Assembly (NCBI GenBank): GCA_029975295.1
Contig: JARKPK010000029.1
Coordinates: 49,047 to 113,046, forward strand
DNA: 64,000 nt
DNA from: Thermoguttaceae bacterium
GTDB lineage: Bacteria; Planctomycetota; Planctomycetia; Pirellulales; Thermoguttaceae
Reading direction: 5' to 3'
Shown in pieces: positions 10,129-19,275 of the stretch (its first letter is position 1; the number at the start of each line of letters is the position of its first letter). Both the position numbers and the translations under genes were made by a program. Below the pieces are notes generated by a model that was not told the DNA's origin, did not search any database, and was given only the letters and a program-made list of their open reading frames with translations.

Positions 10129-11532
10129 TCACTCCGCGCGAAGAATCAGCCGCGGATTCAACCAAAGCACGCGGTCGAGAACGTCGGCCCGCTCGGCAAA
10201 ATCGACCACCAAGTCGAGTTGAGAAGCGCCGTCGAGCTTGACGAAAAGATCAACCGGCGGTTGTCCGCCGCGGATGATCTCGCTCGACCACTGAGGGAGT
10301 CCATCAACGAACACCCGCACGCGGACGCTGCCGCCGCCGTCGGTCGTATCATCGATTCCCACAGCCGCGGCAAACGCCGTGGCCCGCGGCTCGACGGCAA
10401 AACCGAGGCGTGCCGCACTGGTCATGCCGATCGCCTTGCGATAGAACTGCCCGCGGCAGCGCGGCCAGCCGCCCGTTGCCGTCGCATCGAAACAGTAGGG
10501 CCGAGTGGCATCGAGAAAGGGCACGTGCCGATAAGCGTTCGGCTGCCGGTCCGAAAGATAAGCCACGCGCGCGCCCAGCGGCTGAATCGCCGCCAGCGAC
10601 CGCGACGATCCTTTCCACGGGCTGCCGAACGATCGAAACGACAATTGCTCACCCGCAACCACCAACTGCTCAACGAGCAGGCAGGTTCCGTCGGTCCATC
10701 CCACCCAACTGCGACCGGAACTGGCCGCATCCCGCCTTTCTTCTTCCGCCGCCGTCAAAGCCGCGAAAAGAATATGCGCCACGCGATCGGCGGGAACCGC
10801 GGCGTGCCGACCGCCCTGGCTCAGTTCGATCCGCCCGTCGCGCCCCATTGAAGGCTGTCCCGGCAATCGATCGCCGTTGTCGAAAATCACCTCGGCCTGG
10901 CCGTCGGCACGGCCCAATCCGCGCCACTGGGCCGCAACTCGGTCGCGCGCCTCGCGCCCCGCCGGCCATTGCAGCACGATCGCCCGCACTTGGCCGATCG
11001 GCAAGGTTCGCTCGCCGAACAGATCGTGGTCGATCGTCAGCCCTGCCGCACCGAGTTCCACGATATCGGCTGCCAGAATCCCGCCGTCTCGGAATATCAC
11101 CAGCGGGGCGCGCCGCGGTTCGACGAAAGCGCCCCAGAGAACCAATTCGTCCAACGCGGCAGGCAACGCCGCCGCAAGCGCACCCGGCTGCGGCGACTCG
11201 TCTCGAGCCGGCTGGCCCTGCCTCGACCGAATGCCGCCCGTTGTTCCCGCCGACGAGCCGGCCGCAGCCGCTCCGGCCGCGGAATCGCCCGGGGCTGAAT
11301 CGTCGCGCGGAAGCAAACGCCATCGAATGGTCCCATCGGCGGCAACTGACTCGGGACGAGCCCAATGGCCGGGGACCTCGCGGGGCGCCGTCGCGCCGGC
11401 GTCGCCTTGGGCGATCGCCTGCGACCATGCCGCGCAAACGACCGCAACGACCAACGCACGCAGGACGGCAATCAGCCCGCCGCTGGACGCTCTTCGGCGA
11501 CCTATCTGCGCTTGGGCCCAGTCAAATCCCAT
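10129..11532 (-). CDS. Secreted protein with C-terminal NPCBM/NEW2-like putative carbohydrate-binding domain
   Basis: From ORF 10129..11772 I chose the ATG giving MGFDWAQAQIGRRRASSGGLIAVLRALVVAVVCAAWSQAIAQG, a signal peptide. The C-terminal ~150 aa (YLSDRQPNAY...GIDDTTDGGGSVRVRVFVDG...LDLVVDFAERADVLDRVLWLNPRL) matches my recollection of the NPCBM consensus. It is the last gene of the MoxR-headed operon. Confidence 0.55.
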   Translation of the reverse strand: MGFDWAQAQIGRRRASSGGLIAVLRALVVAVVCAAWSQAIAQGDAGATAPREVPGHWARPESVAADGTIRWRLLPRDDSAPGDSAAGAAAAGSSAGTTGGIRSRQGQPARDESPQPGALAAALPAALDELVLWGAFVEPRRAPLVIFRDGGILAADIVELGAAGLTIDHDLFGERTLPIGQVRAIVLQWPAGREARDRVAAQWRGLGRADGQAEVIFDNGDRLPGQPSMGRDGRIELSQGGRHAAVPADRVAHILFAALTAAEEERRDAASSGRSWVGWTDGTCLLVEQLVVAGEQLSFRSFGSPWKGSSRSLAAIQPLGARVAYLSDRQPNAYRHVPFLDATRPYCFDATATGGWPRCRGQFYRKAIGMTSAARLGFAVEPRATAFAAAVGIDDTTDGGGSVRVRVFVDGLPQWSSEIIRGGQPPVDLFVKLDGASQLDLVVDFAERADVLDRVLWLNPRLILRAE

Positions 11533-11594
11533 GTTGCCTACAATCGGGTTTAAGGGGCTAGAACCTCTTCGGCGATCGATCTGTGCTCCGGCGA

Positions 11595-12680
11595 TCATCG
11601 TTGGAAGATTGGCAACGCTTGGTTGGGTAGTTGCAGCACCAGCAGACACATCGCCGTGGCGTACTCGGCGCCGAAGCCCGAAGGCCACGACCCGTCGGGA
11701 CGCTGTCGGGCAAGCACGTCGTCGCGGGCCGCGACGAACCAGCGGTCGAACGTTTCGTCGCCCATCTGCCACATCGCCTGCGCGGCGTAGTAATGCGCGT
11801 ATTCGTAGTAGCTCGGATCGCGCGGGGCGCGGCCGCCGCTGGGCCGAAAGCTCATTACGTACTCGACGCCGTTGCGCAGCTCCGGCCCTTCATAGATGCC
11901 CGCGCTCTGAAGCGCCGTCAAAGCGGCGGCCGAGCGGGCGAAGGCGCTTTCGCCGTCGCCATCGAGCATGTAGCGAAACCCGCCGTCGGCGTTCTGGCAC
12001 TGCTTCACGTAAGCGATCGATCGGTCGATCGTTTCGTTGGGCACGAACAATCCGGCGTTTCGCGCCGCCCGCAGCGCCATCACCTGGCATACGGTCACCG
12101 AGATGTCGGCATCGGCCCGTTGCGGGAAGTAGCGCCAGCCGCCCTCCTTGTTTTGGCTGTCGATGATCAGCCGCACGGCAGCGGAAAGTTTGTCGCGCAG
12201 GTCGTCCCGGGCCGACATGCCGTAGGCCTCGGCGAGAAAAAGCACGGCAAACCCATGCCCGTACATCGGCCCATGTCCGGCGTATTCGGGCGCGCTGATA
12301 TACCCTCCCTGTTGAGTGCGCGCCAGCAGATAGTCCACGCAGCGATCGATCTCTCGGCCGTGCGGCCCGCGCCCCGGCGTGCTGCCCGAAGCCAGGAACG
12401 CCAATCCGCACAGCCCGACCACGCCGGTGTTGCCTTGGTATGGGCCCGCGCCGAAGCTGCCGTCGTCGTTTTGGCGCGAGGCGAGCCAAGCCAACCCCGA
12501 TTCGATCGCCCGCGCCGCCGACGGATGGATCCAACGCTGGCCCGAGCCGGCGCCGCCGGCCGCTGCCGGGCCGGGAACCTCGGCGGCCGCGCCGATCGCC
12601 GCGATCGAGCTGGCCGTCCAAAACAGCCCCGCCGCCCCAATCCATCGCAACGAAGCGCGACGAATGATGCTTGCCTTCAC
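11595..12680 (-). CDS. Secreted prenyltransferase/squalene-cyclase-like (alpha/alpha-toroid) repeat protein
   Basis: Repeated QxxDGS/GGW-type motifs (QNDDGSFG, QNKEGGWRY, QNADGGFRY, RPDGSWP) are typical of squalene-hopene-cyclase/prenyltransferase beta-subunit repeats. The GTG start is preceded by AGGAGTG. The N-terminus is signal-like (IIRRASLRWIGAAGLFWTASSIAAIGAAA). Confidence 0.7.
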   Translation of the reverse strand: MKASIIRRASLRWIGAAGLFWTASSIAAIGAAAEVPGPAAAGGAGSGQRWIHPSAARAIESGLAWLASRQNDDGSFGAGPYQGNTGVVGLCGLAFLASGSTPGRGPHGREIDRCVDYLLARTQQGGYISAPEYAGHGPMYGHGFAVLFLAEAYGMSARDDLRDKLSAAVRLIIDSQNKEGGWRYFPQRADADISVTVCQVMALRAARNAGLFVPNETIDRSIAYVKQCQNADGGFRYMLDGDGESAFARSAAALTALQSAGIYEGPELRNGVEYVMSFRPSGGRAPRDPSYYEYAHYYAAQAMWQMGDETFDRWFVAARDDVLARQRPDGSWPSGFGAEYATAMCLLVLQLPNQALPIFQR

Positions 12681-12685
12681 AGCGA

Positions 12686-13567
12686 TCACTCCTGCTCGGC
12701 CAATCGGCGGAAGTACTGTTCCGTGATCGTCTCGTAGTTGGGAACGAAATCTTCGACCAGCGGTTGCTGCACTTGGCGGCGGAGGCGCGCGGGCAGCTCC
12801 CCCCACAGCCGCGCCAACACTCCCACCAACGGCTCGCCCGATTCGCCCGGCGCCGGCGGATCGGCGGCGCCCGCTGCCGGCCGTTCCACCGGGCGGGTTC
12901 CGGCGCGCCCGCTGCCGGCCGTCGCCCCGCCGGCGGGTTGCACGGTTTCGTTCGGCGTTGCCGCCGCGCCGGCCGCGCCGCCGCTCGAACCCGAACGCCG
13001 CGCCGAAGCGAGTAATTCGTCCCAAAGCGCCGCCGCGGCGCGCTGCTGCTCGGCCGCCTCGGCCACTCGACCTTCTCGCAGCGCGGCGGCGGCATCCTCC
13101 ATGCGAACCACCGCCCGCAGCCACAATGGATCGTCTTCCGACTGGGCCGCAGCGCCCAATTCCCGCCGCAAACGTTCCGCCCAAAGACGGCTCGCACCCT
13201 CGGCTCCGCCGGTATTAGAAGGGACCGCGGGGTGGGCGTCTGGGCCGAACAGTTCCCGATCCAACGGCGACTGCCCAACGCCGACCGATTCGCCCGCCCA
13301 AAGAGCCTGCGGCGCGAAAACCGCGATCATCGCAACGGCCGCGGCCCTGAACACGATCGATCGCCACGACGAGCGTCGTTCGCGGCGGTCGCCATGCGCG
13401 GCGGCACTTCTGGTTGCGCGGTTGACGAGGAGCGAAACGGGCCGGCCCGCAGCCGCGATCCGTCCGCAAAGCCGCCGTCGCTGTCGCCAAGGCGCCGCTG
13501 TAGCCCGCGCAAGAGCAATCTCGGGCGTTTCCAACACGCAATCTGATCGAGGGGTCACGCAAGCCAT
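12686..13567 (-). CDS. Hypothetical protein (one predicted TM segment) within the MoxR operon
   Basis: The ORF fills the gap between the upstream and downstream operon genes on the same strand, and GGAG lies 9 nt before the second ATG. The sequence is low-complexity and Ala/Arg-rich with no recognisable domain, so the call is weak. Confidence 0.4.
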   Translation of the reverse strand: MACVTPRSDCVLETPEIALARATAAPWRQRRRLCGRIAAAGRPVSLLVNRATRSAAAHGDRRERRSSWRSIVFRAAAVAMIAVFAPQALWAGESVGVGQSPLDRELFGPDAHPAVPSNTGGAEGASRLWAERLRRELGAAAQSEDDPLWLRAVVRMEDAAAALREGRVAEAAEQQRAAAALWDELLASARRSGSSGGAAGAAATPNETVQPAGGATAGSGRAGTRPVERPAAGAADPPAPGESGEPLVGVLARLWGELPARLRRQVQQPLVEDFVPNYETITEQYFRRLAEQE

Positions 13568-13585
13568 CGCAGCCATCCTCCGCTT

Positions 13586-16500
13586 CTATTGTAACGGCTC
13601 CGCCGCTCGGCGCAGCATTTGAACGGCCATCTCGTTCAGCCGCGCCTGCTCGGAGGCCAGCGAGGCCATTTCCGCCCTCTGCTCGCTCGACGGCGTTCGA
13701 CCGCCGATCGACTGATCGAGCCGGTTGGTCCGAGCGGCCAAATCCCGCTGGAGTTCGAGCATCAGCAACACGTCGGCCGACGAAAGCGCTGCGGTGCGTT
13801 GCCGTTGCCCGCCGGTTTCGGCCGTGCCGCCGTCCGAGGCATCGACATTGAACACGCCGCCAACGGCCGCCTGCTCGGCCACGTCGATCAATCGCGACAT
13901 CAACGCCAGCACCTCCCGTTGCCGCGCGACGATCCACGCGCCGGGCCGATCGCCGTTCAACGCTGCCGCAATCGCCGTCATCCGCTCGGCCAACAACGCG
14001 GCAACGGCCTGGGCCGCCGCCGACATCCCTTTGGTCGCATCGGCGCGGAGAAGTTCGTCGGCCAATCGCTGCTGCTCGGCGGCCAACGCCGCGCGGCGCT
14101 CGGCGGCATCCGCCGTCGAAACGCCGCCATCGGCCGAACCGAAGAGCGATTCCGCGGCTTCCAAGCATTTTTCCTGACGTTCGCGCAGCAGCACAAGCCA
14201 TTGCTTCAACGCGGCCGCTTGCTCCGCGCCGCGCCCCGCGGCAGCTTCGTCGGGCCGTGCCCGAGGCCGATCGGCCAGCAACGCCGCCAGCCGGTCCATG
14301 TCGGCCGCGGCGTTCTCCTGGCGATCCGCCGCTTGGCCAAGGCGGTTCTCGCCAATCGCAGCCGCTGCCTGCCGGAGAAGATCCATCGTCCCTCGCGCCC
14401 GCGCCTGACGCGCCGCCTCCTTCGCCCGTTGGGCGGCGTCGCTGCCGTTGCCCTGACGCTCCAGCGATTCGATCAGTTGCTCGAACCGCCGAGCCAACTC
14501 CCGTTGCTCGTCGCCCAACTCGGCCAGCTCGCGTTGCCGGCCTGGCGGCAATTCCGCCGCCGAACGGCCCACGGTTTCGGCGCCGAGCTTCCCGGTTCGC
14601 TCCCAAAGGCGACGCTGCCGCTGGGCCATTTCGGACAATTCCGCCTCGGCGCGGCGGGTTTGTTCGTCGCGGGCCAGCACATCAACCTGGGCCTGAAGCA
14701 ACGCAATGACCTCCGCCTGTCCGTCGGCCGCCCGATTCAACAAACCGCCTGCCGTCTGAACGTCGGGCATGGTCGTTTCCGTTGTCTCGACGGCTTTGGC
14801 GGCCCCGATCAACGACGGTGCAATCTGTCCGCCGATCAAGCGATCAATTCGGTCGATCGCCCCGCCGACGGCGCGCAGTTCTTCAGCCAACACCGGCCGG
14901 TGCCGGTCGAGCCCGCCGGCGTCGTCCAACAGCGAGCGAACAATCGCCGCCGCTCCATCGCCCGGATCGCCGACCACGCGGCGCACCTGCCGCTGCGCGG
15001 CATCAGCCGCCTCCAACCGCTCGATCATTCCGCCAGCCGCCGGGTCGGCCGCCAAGCGTCGCTGCAACGCCAACACCTCGGAGCGGCACGCCTGCTGCAT
15101 CCGCAGCCCGCGCTGCAACTCGTTGGCCAACGCAGCCAACCGAATTCCGATCCGTTGCGTCCATTGTTCCTCGCTGATGATGGCCACGCGCACCGGCTCG
15201 CTGGTTTGACGCTGCCCCAGCCCGTCTTCGGCTACGGCGGAAAGCAGCAACTCGTCGCCGGGCGAAAGTGCGAAGTCGGCGGTCGCCAGACGGAATTCAA
15301 CCGTGCGCCGCCGATCATTCCCGGCCGGATCGGCGACCGGGGCTCCCATCAGGGGAGGCCGGTTCGGTCCGTTCGAAGCGGCGGCGCCGTCGGCGGTCCA
15401 AATCCACCACGGCTCGACAGCGGGTTCCGGCGGGCCGGCCGACGGCCGCCGACGGCCATCGGCGCTCGGCACGGCATCGCTTGATTCGAGGGCCGAGCCG
15501 TCCTCGCCCCCTCCGGCGGCGCCGGCCGGTCGCTCGACGCGCCATCCGATGCGCCGCAGCCCCAAATCGTCTTGCGCCGCCACGCGCACCGGCAGCGCAG
15601 CCCCCGCAACAACCGTCGCGGGCCTTTGGGGCTGCTCGATGCGAACCTGGGGCGGCTCGTCACGCACGGCAATCACTTCGCCTCTTTGCTGCTTGAGGCA
15701 TTCGACGCCGTCGGCATCGATCAGGTCGAACCAGTACGGCCCCGACTCCAGCACGCGCAGCGCAGCGGCCCCCGCGGGGAACGTCAACCGCGTGCCGCCC
15801 GAGTCGATCGCGGCCGCGACCGGTTCGGTCCCCGGCCAATGCAACAATGCTGCGGAAACCGGCCGATCGACTGTTGCCGAAACCCGCGCCGCGGTACCCG
15901 CCAGCGACCGCACCAGGGCCGTCGCCTCGCTCGAAGCCAACCCGCTGTATTCCGGCGGATCAAGACGAATCGACACGGAGACGATCTGTACGGGAGCGAC
16001 GACCTCAACCTCGCGCCAGGGCATTGATCGGTCGTCGCCGCCTTCCACCCGAAATGCAAAAGAATGCTGCACGTTCAGACGGCGCCAAACGGCGACACCG
16101 CCGACCGCCGGCAGCGGCTCGTCGTAGACCGCACCGCCGGCCTCGTCGCCCAAATCGCGCACCCATACCCGAAGCGAACCGGGCAACCGCGTGCCCGCAG
16201 CCGCGGTGATTTCCACTTCAAAGGTTCCGCCGCGGGCCACTCGATTCGGCGCTGCTCTCAAACGCAACTCGGTTTGGCGCGGCCAAGCCGGCCCCGCCCA
16301 CGGTTGCAGCAGGCGCAAGGCGGCAACGGCGGCCGTGCGCGGCCAGAGCAACACCAAGAGCAACACCGCGGCCGCCGCCGCCGCAAACAGCCCGACGGCG
16401 CGAACCACCGGCCGGCGATCGAACAGCTCCGACAACTCGGCCTGTGCCGCGGCCAACGCGGCGTCTTCCACCGCCGCGCGGCGCAACGCCTCTGAGCCAT

Positions 16501-16855
16501 AGCGCGGATCGTCGCCGCGCGTCGAAAGGAACTCGACGGCGCTGAGCAATCGATGCCGCAGCGCCGGCGCCTTCTGTTCAATCACCGCGGCCGCTGCTGC
16601 GGCCGACCAGTCGCGTCGCAGCGGAACGACGAGAAATCGGTGCAACGCCCAAGCGGTTCCCAGCGCGGCGGCAGCGGCAAGGAGAATCCGCGCAATCGCA
16701 TCGTCGCTTCGCCACAGGTAGTCGCACAATGAGGCCGCTAGGAACAGCGCCGCGCCGCATCCGGCCGCGGCAGCCGAACCGCGAACCCACAACAGCCGCC
16801 GCCAACGCGCGCTGAAGCGATTCAGTCGCTCTTCCAACGGATGCGTTCGATCCAT
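13586..16855 (-). CDS. Large (about 1,090 aa) membrane protein with N-terminal TM helices and an extended C-terminal coiled-coil/Ala-Glu-Arg-rich region (DUF4175-like, from memory)
   Basis: Two to three hydrophobic segments lie near the N-terminus. The long C-terminal half is heptad-like and rich in A/E/R/Q/L. It lies downstream of and co-oriented with the vWA proteins. The start is taken as ATG at 16855; a GTG at 16942 is the alternative. Confidence 0.6.
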   Translation of the reverse strand: MDRTHPLEERLNRFSARWRRLLWVRGSAAAAGCGAALFLAASLCDYLWRSDDAIARILLAAAAALGTAWALHRFLVVPLRRDWSAAAAAAVIEQKAPALRHRLLSAVEFLSTRGDDPRYGSEALRRAAVEDAALAAAQAELSELFDRRPVVRAVGLFAAAAAAVLLLVLLWPRTAAVAALRLLQPWAGPAWPRQTELRLRAAPNRVARGGTFEVEITAAAGTRLPGSLRVWVRDLGDEAGGAVYDEPLPAVGGVAVWRRLNVQHSFAFRVEGGDDRSMPWREVEVVAPVQIVSVSIRLDPPEYSGLASSEATALVRSLAGTAARVSATVDRPVSAALLHWPGTEPVAAAIDSGGTRLTFPAGAAALRVLESGPYWFDLIDADGVECLKQQRGEVIAVRDEPPQVRIEQPQRPATVVAGAALPVRVAAQDDLGLRRIGWRVERPAGAAGGGEDGSALESSDAVPSADGRRRPSAGPPEPAVEPWWIWTADGAAASNGPNRPPLMGAPVADPAGNDRRRTVEFRLATADFALSPGDELLLSAVAEDGLGQRQTSEPVRVAIISEEQWTQRIGIRLAALANELQRGLRMQQACRSEVLALQRRLAADPAAGGMIERLEAADAAQRQVRRVVGDPGDGAAAIVRSLLDDAGGLDRHRPVLAEELRAVGGAIDRIDRLIGGQIAPSLIGAAKAVETTETTMPDVQTAGGLLNRAADGQAEVIALLQAQVDVLARDEQTRRAEAELSEMAQRQRRLWERTGKLGAETVGRSAAELPPGRQRELAELGDEQRELARRFEQLIESLERQGNGSDAAQRAKEAARQARARGTMDLLRQAAAAIGENRLGQAADRQENAAADMDRLAALLADRPRARPDEAAAGRGAEQAAALKQWLVLLRERQEKCLEAAESLFGSADGGVSTADAAERRAALAAEQQRLADELLRADATKGMSAAAQAVAALLAERMTAIAAALNGDRPGAWIVARQREVLALMSRLIDVAEQAAVGGVFNVDASDGGTAETGGQRQRTAALSSADVLLMLELQRDLAARTNRLDQSIGGRTPSSEQRAEMASLASEQARLNEMAVQMLRRAAEPLQ

Positions 16856-16908
16856 GCTCGGCCTCAGCAAATCACAACGCCGGCGCGCGGCACCGCAATC
16901 TCCGCTTT

Positions 16909-19275
16909 CTATATCATGCCACCGTAACGCCGCACGAGCCACTGTGCGACCAGCAAGGCCATCAACAGCGCCACCACCAACTCATTATTCCACAACCGCA
17001 TCGGAGGCAAAGTTTCCAGCGTGGCGGCCTGCGGGTTCGGCAGGGCGTCGGCTAGGCGATCGGCTTGCTCTAGGGGAAAGACTCGGCCGCGTCCGACATC
17101 GGCGGCCGCGCGCAGCGCCGCCAAGTCTGCCGCCGCGGGAATCCGTTCTCCAGTCGGCGGCCGCACGCGAAACGAAACAGCGGCCTCGTTGCCGGCAGTC
17201 GTCGCCGCCAACGCAACAACGCGATGATCGCCCGAAGCCGAAGGTTGAAAAACGCCCTCGAACAACAACGGGTTCAGCGGCGACCGCCGCAGTTCCACGC
17301 GGCGATCGGGCCCTTCGGCCGCGCTGATCGTCAGCACCACCGGTTCGCCGTCGGGCGGAACGGCCTTCGGATCGCCGAACTTGGCCCGCAGCCGCACCTC
17401 CTCGCCGCGCTGGTACTCGCGCTGATCGGTCGATAGCGTCACCGCGAGTCCGCTGCCGGGCAATCGTCCCCGCGCCAGGAACCGCAGCGTTTGCACCCAA
17501 TACCGCGCGAAATAGCGATCGCCCCAACCGAGCCGCCAACGGTGCGTTTCATCCGTGGCATGGAACAGCACCCAACCGGCGCCGACCTGTTGCACCACGA
17601 TCAGCGGCAGTTTCTCGCCGTCGGCTGAGGCGGCCTGCGGATGCTCGGCCAGCACCCTTGCGCCGCGGCGCACCGACTCGATTCCGATCATCCAATTCAG
17701 CGGGGCAAGCCGATTCCAAAGGGCGGTGTTCTCATCGGGTCCATCGCCCAACTGCATGCCGGGGCTGAGCAGCCCCAGCGAGGTCGGCGTCGCTCGGAAT
17801 TCGCCCGCGGACAAGTCCCGCCGCCGCACCGCCGCCAAGTCGAAGGGCAACAGCGGGGCCAACGGCGTGCCCCGCCAGCCCTCGGGCATGCGTCGCGGGC
17901 CGGCCCAAAACACCAGGGCCCCGCCCCGGCCGGGCGTCGTGACGAACTCGGCCGCCGACTGCAACGCCGCCGCGCCGAGGCCCGCCGGATTCACATCGCC
18001 GAAGATCAGCACGTCGTAGGCGAACAGTTCTTCTCGCTGCACCGGGAACACGGGCAACTGGGTCGAATCTTGGGCGGCGTGCCCTACGTCGGCCGACTGG
18101 AGCACGGTTCGCAACTCGATCGCTTCCTCGCGCCCCAGCGCGTCGCGGAGAAAACGGTATTCCCAACTGGGAAGCTCATCGACAAGCAGAACCCGCACCT
18201 TCTGCTTGCGCACGTCGAGCACGTGCTCGATGCGGTTGTTCTCCACGTCGCTTTCGTCTTCCTGCGGCTCGACCTCGAATTGCACTCGGACCCGGCCCTC
18301 GCGCGGCGGCCGAAAACCGATGCGCACCAGCGCGGCCGCTCCGTCGGCGCCGACGACCACGGGCACGCGGGCCAGTTGTTGCGACGAATCGAGATCGCGC
18401 ACCACCACATGCGTCTGCCGACCCGCATAGCCCACCGCCGCCAACCGCACGGTGCAAACCACCATGTCGTCGGCAAACACGGTTTCGTCGGCCAACAGAT
18501 CGAACAGCCGCAAGTCGCGACGCTGCTGCCCACCGCCAATGGCAACGGCATAGATCGCCACGCCCTGGCTGCGCGCCGCCTCGGCCGCCTCGACCAACGA
18601 CGGCCCCTGCGTGTTTAGACCATCGGTCACCAAAACCACCGCCGAAAGAGACGCACCGCGAAACCGTTCGAGCAACTCCATCACGGCCGAGCCGAGACGG
18701 GTCGCCTCGCCATGCGGTCGGCGCGCGGCGATCTGATGGGCCGTTTCCAGCGGCGCGCCGCTCACCTCTTCCAGTTCAGTCAACAGATACACGCGCAACC
18801 GCCGGCCCTGCGCCAAGCCCCGCAGCCATGCAGCCTCGTCCGCTTGCAGCAAGCGGCAAACAAGCTGCCAGCGTTCGGGCTGATCGCCGGCCTTCCACCG
18901 GGCCAGCAACGCCCGCAAGCCGGCCGGCGACTCGGGGCCGTAGCGGTCGGCCGCGGCCATGCTCAGCGAATCATCGATGACAACGGCCAAGTTGCTTGCC
19001 GCAATCCGGCGCATCGCCAGCTCCGGCTGAAGCGTCATCAACGCCACGAGAACCACGGCGGCCAACCGCAGCGCGCAGGCCGTTCGAAGCGCCGCTGCGG
19101 CCGCACCTTCGCGGAGCGACAAGTACGCAACCACCGCCGCAACCGCTGCGGCGATCAGCAGCGGCAACCAAAGCGGGCCGGGCCAGCCCCATTGCAGGCT
19201 CCATTGCAGTCCGCCGTCGGAACCCAAGGAGATGGGCGGCATCGGGACCGGTTCGAAAACGTCGGCAGCAATCAT
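16909..19275 (-). CDS. vWA-domain membrane protein (BatB-like) with C-terminal GATase1-like/ThuA-like region
   Basis: An N-terminal double-TM region is followed by the vWA MIDAS motif VVIDDSLSM. The start ATG overlaps the upstream stop as ATGA at 19272-19275, which suggests translational coupling. Confidence 0.75.
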   Translation of the reverse strand: MIAADVFEPVPMPPISLGSDGGLQWSLQWGWPGPLWLPLLIAAAVAAVVAYLSLREGAAAAALRTACALRLAAVVLVALMTLQPELAMRRIAASNLAVVIDDSLSMAAADRYGPESPAGLRALLARWKAGDQPERWQLVCRLLQADEAAWLRGLAQGRRLRVYLLTELEEVSGAPLETAHQIAARRPHGEATRLGSAVMELLERFRGASLSAVVLVTDGLNTQGPSLVEAAEAARSQGVAIYAVAIGGGQQRRDLRLFDLLADETVFADDMVVCTVRLAAVGYAGRQTHVVVRDLDSSQQLARVPVVVGADGAAALVRIGFRPPREGRVRVQFEVEPQEDESDVENNRIEHVLDVRKQKVRVLLVDELPSWEYRFLRDALGREEAIELRTVLQSADVGHAAQDSTQLPVFPVQREELFAYDVLIFGDVNPAGLGAAALQSAAEFVTTPGRGGALVFWAGPRRMPEGWRGTPLAPLLPFDLAAVRRRDLSAGEFRATPTSLGLLSPGMQLGDGPDENTALWNRLAPLNWMIGIESVRRGARVLAEHPQAASADGEKLPLIVVQQVGAGWVLFHATDETHRWRLGWGDRYFARYWVQTLRFLARGRLPGSGLAVTLSTDQREYQRGEEVRLRAKFGDPKAVPPDGEPVVLTISAAEGPDRRVELRRSPLNPLLFEGVFQPSASGDHRVVALAATTAGNEAAVSFRVRPPTGERIPAAADLAALRAAADVGRGRVFPLEQADRLADALPNPQAATLETLPPMRLWNNELVVALLMALLVAQWLVRRYGGMI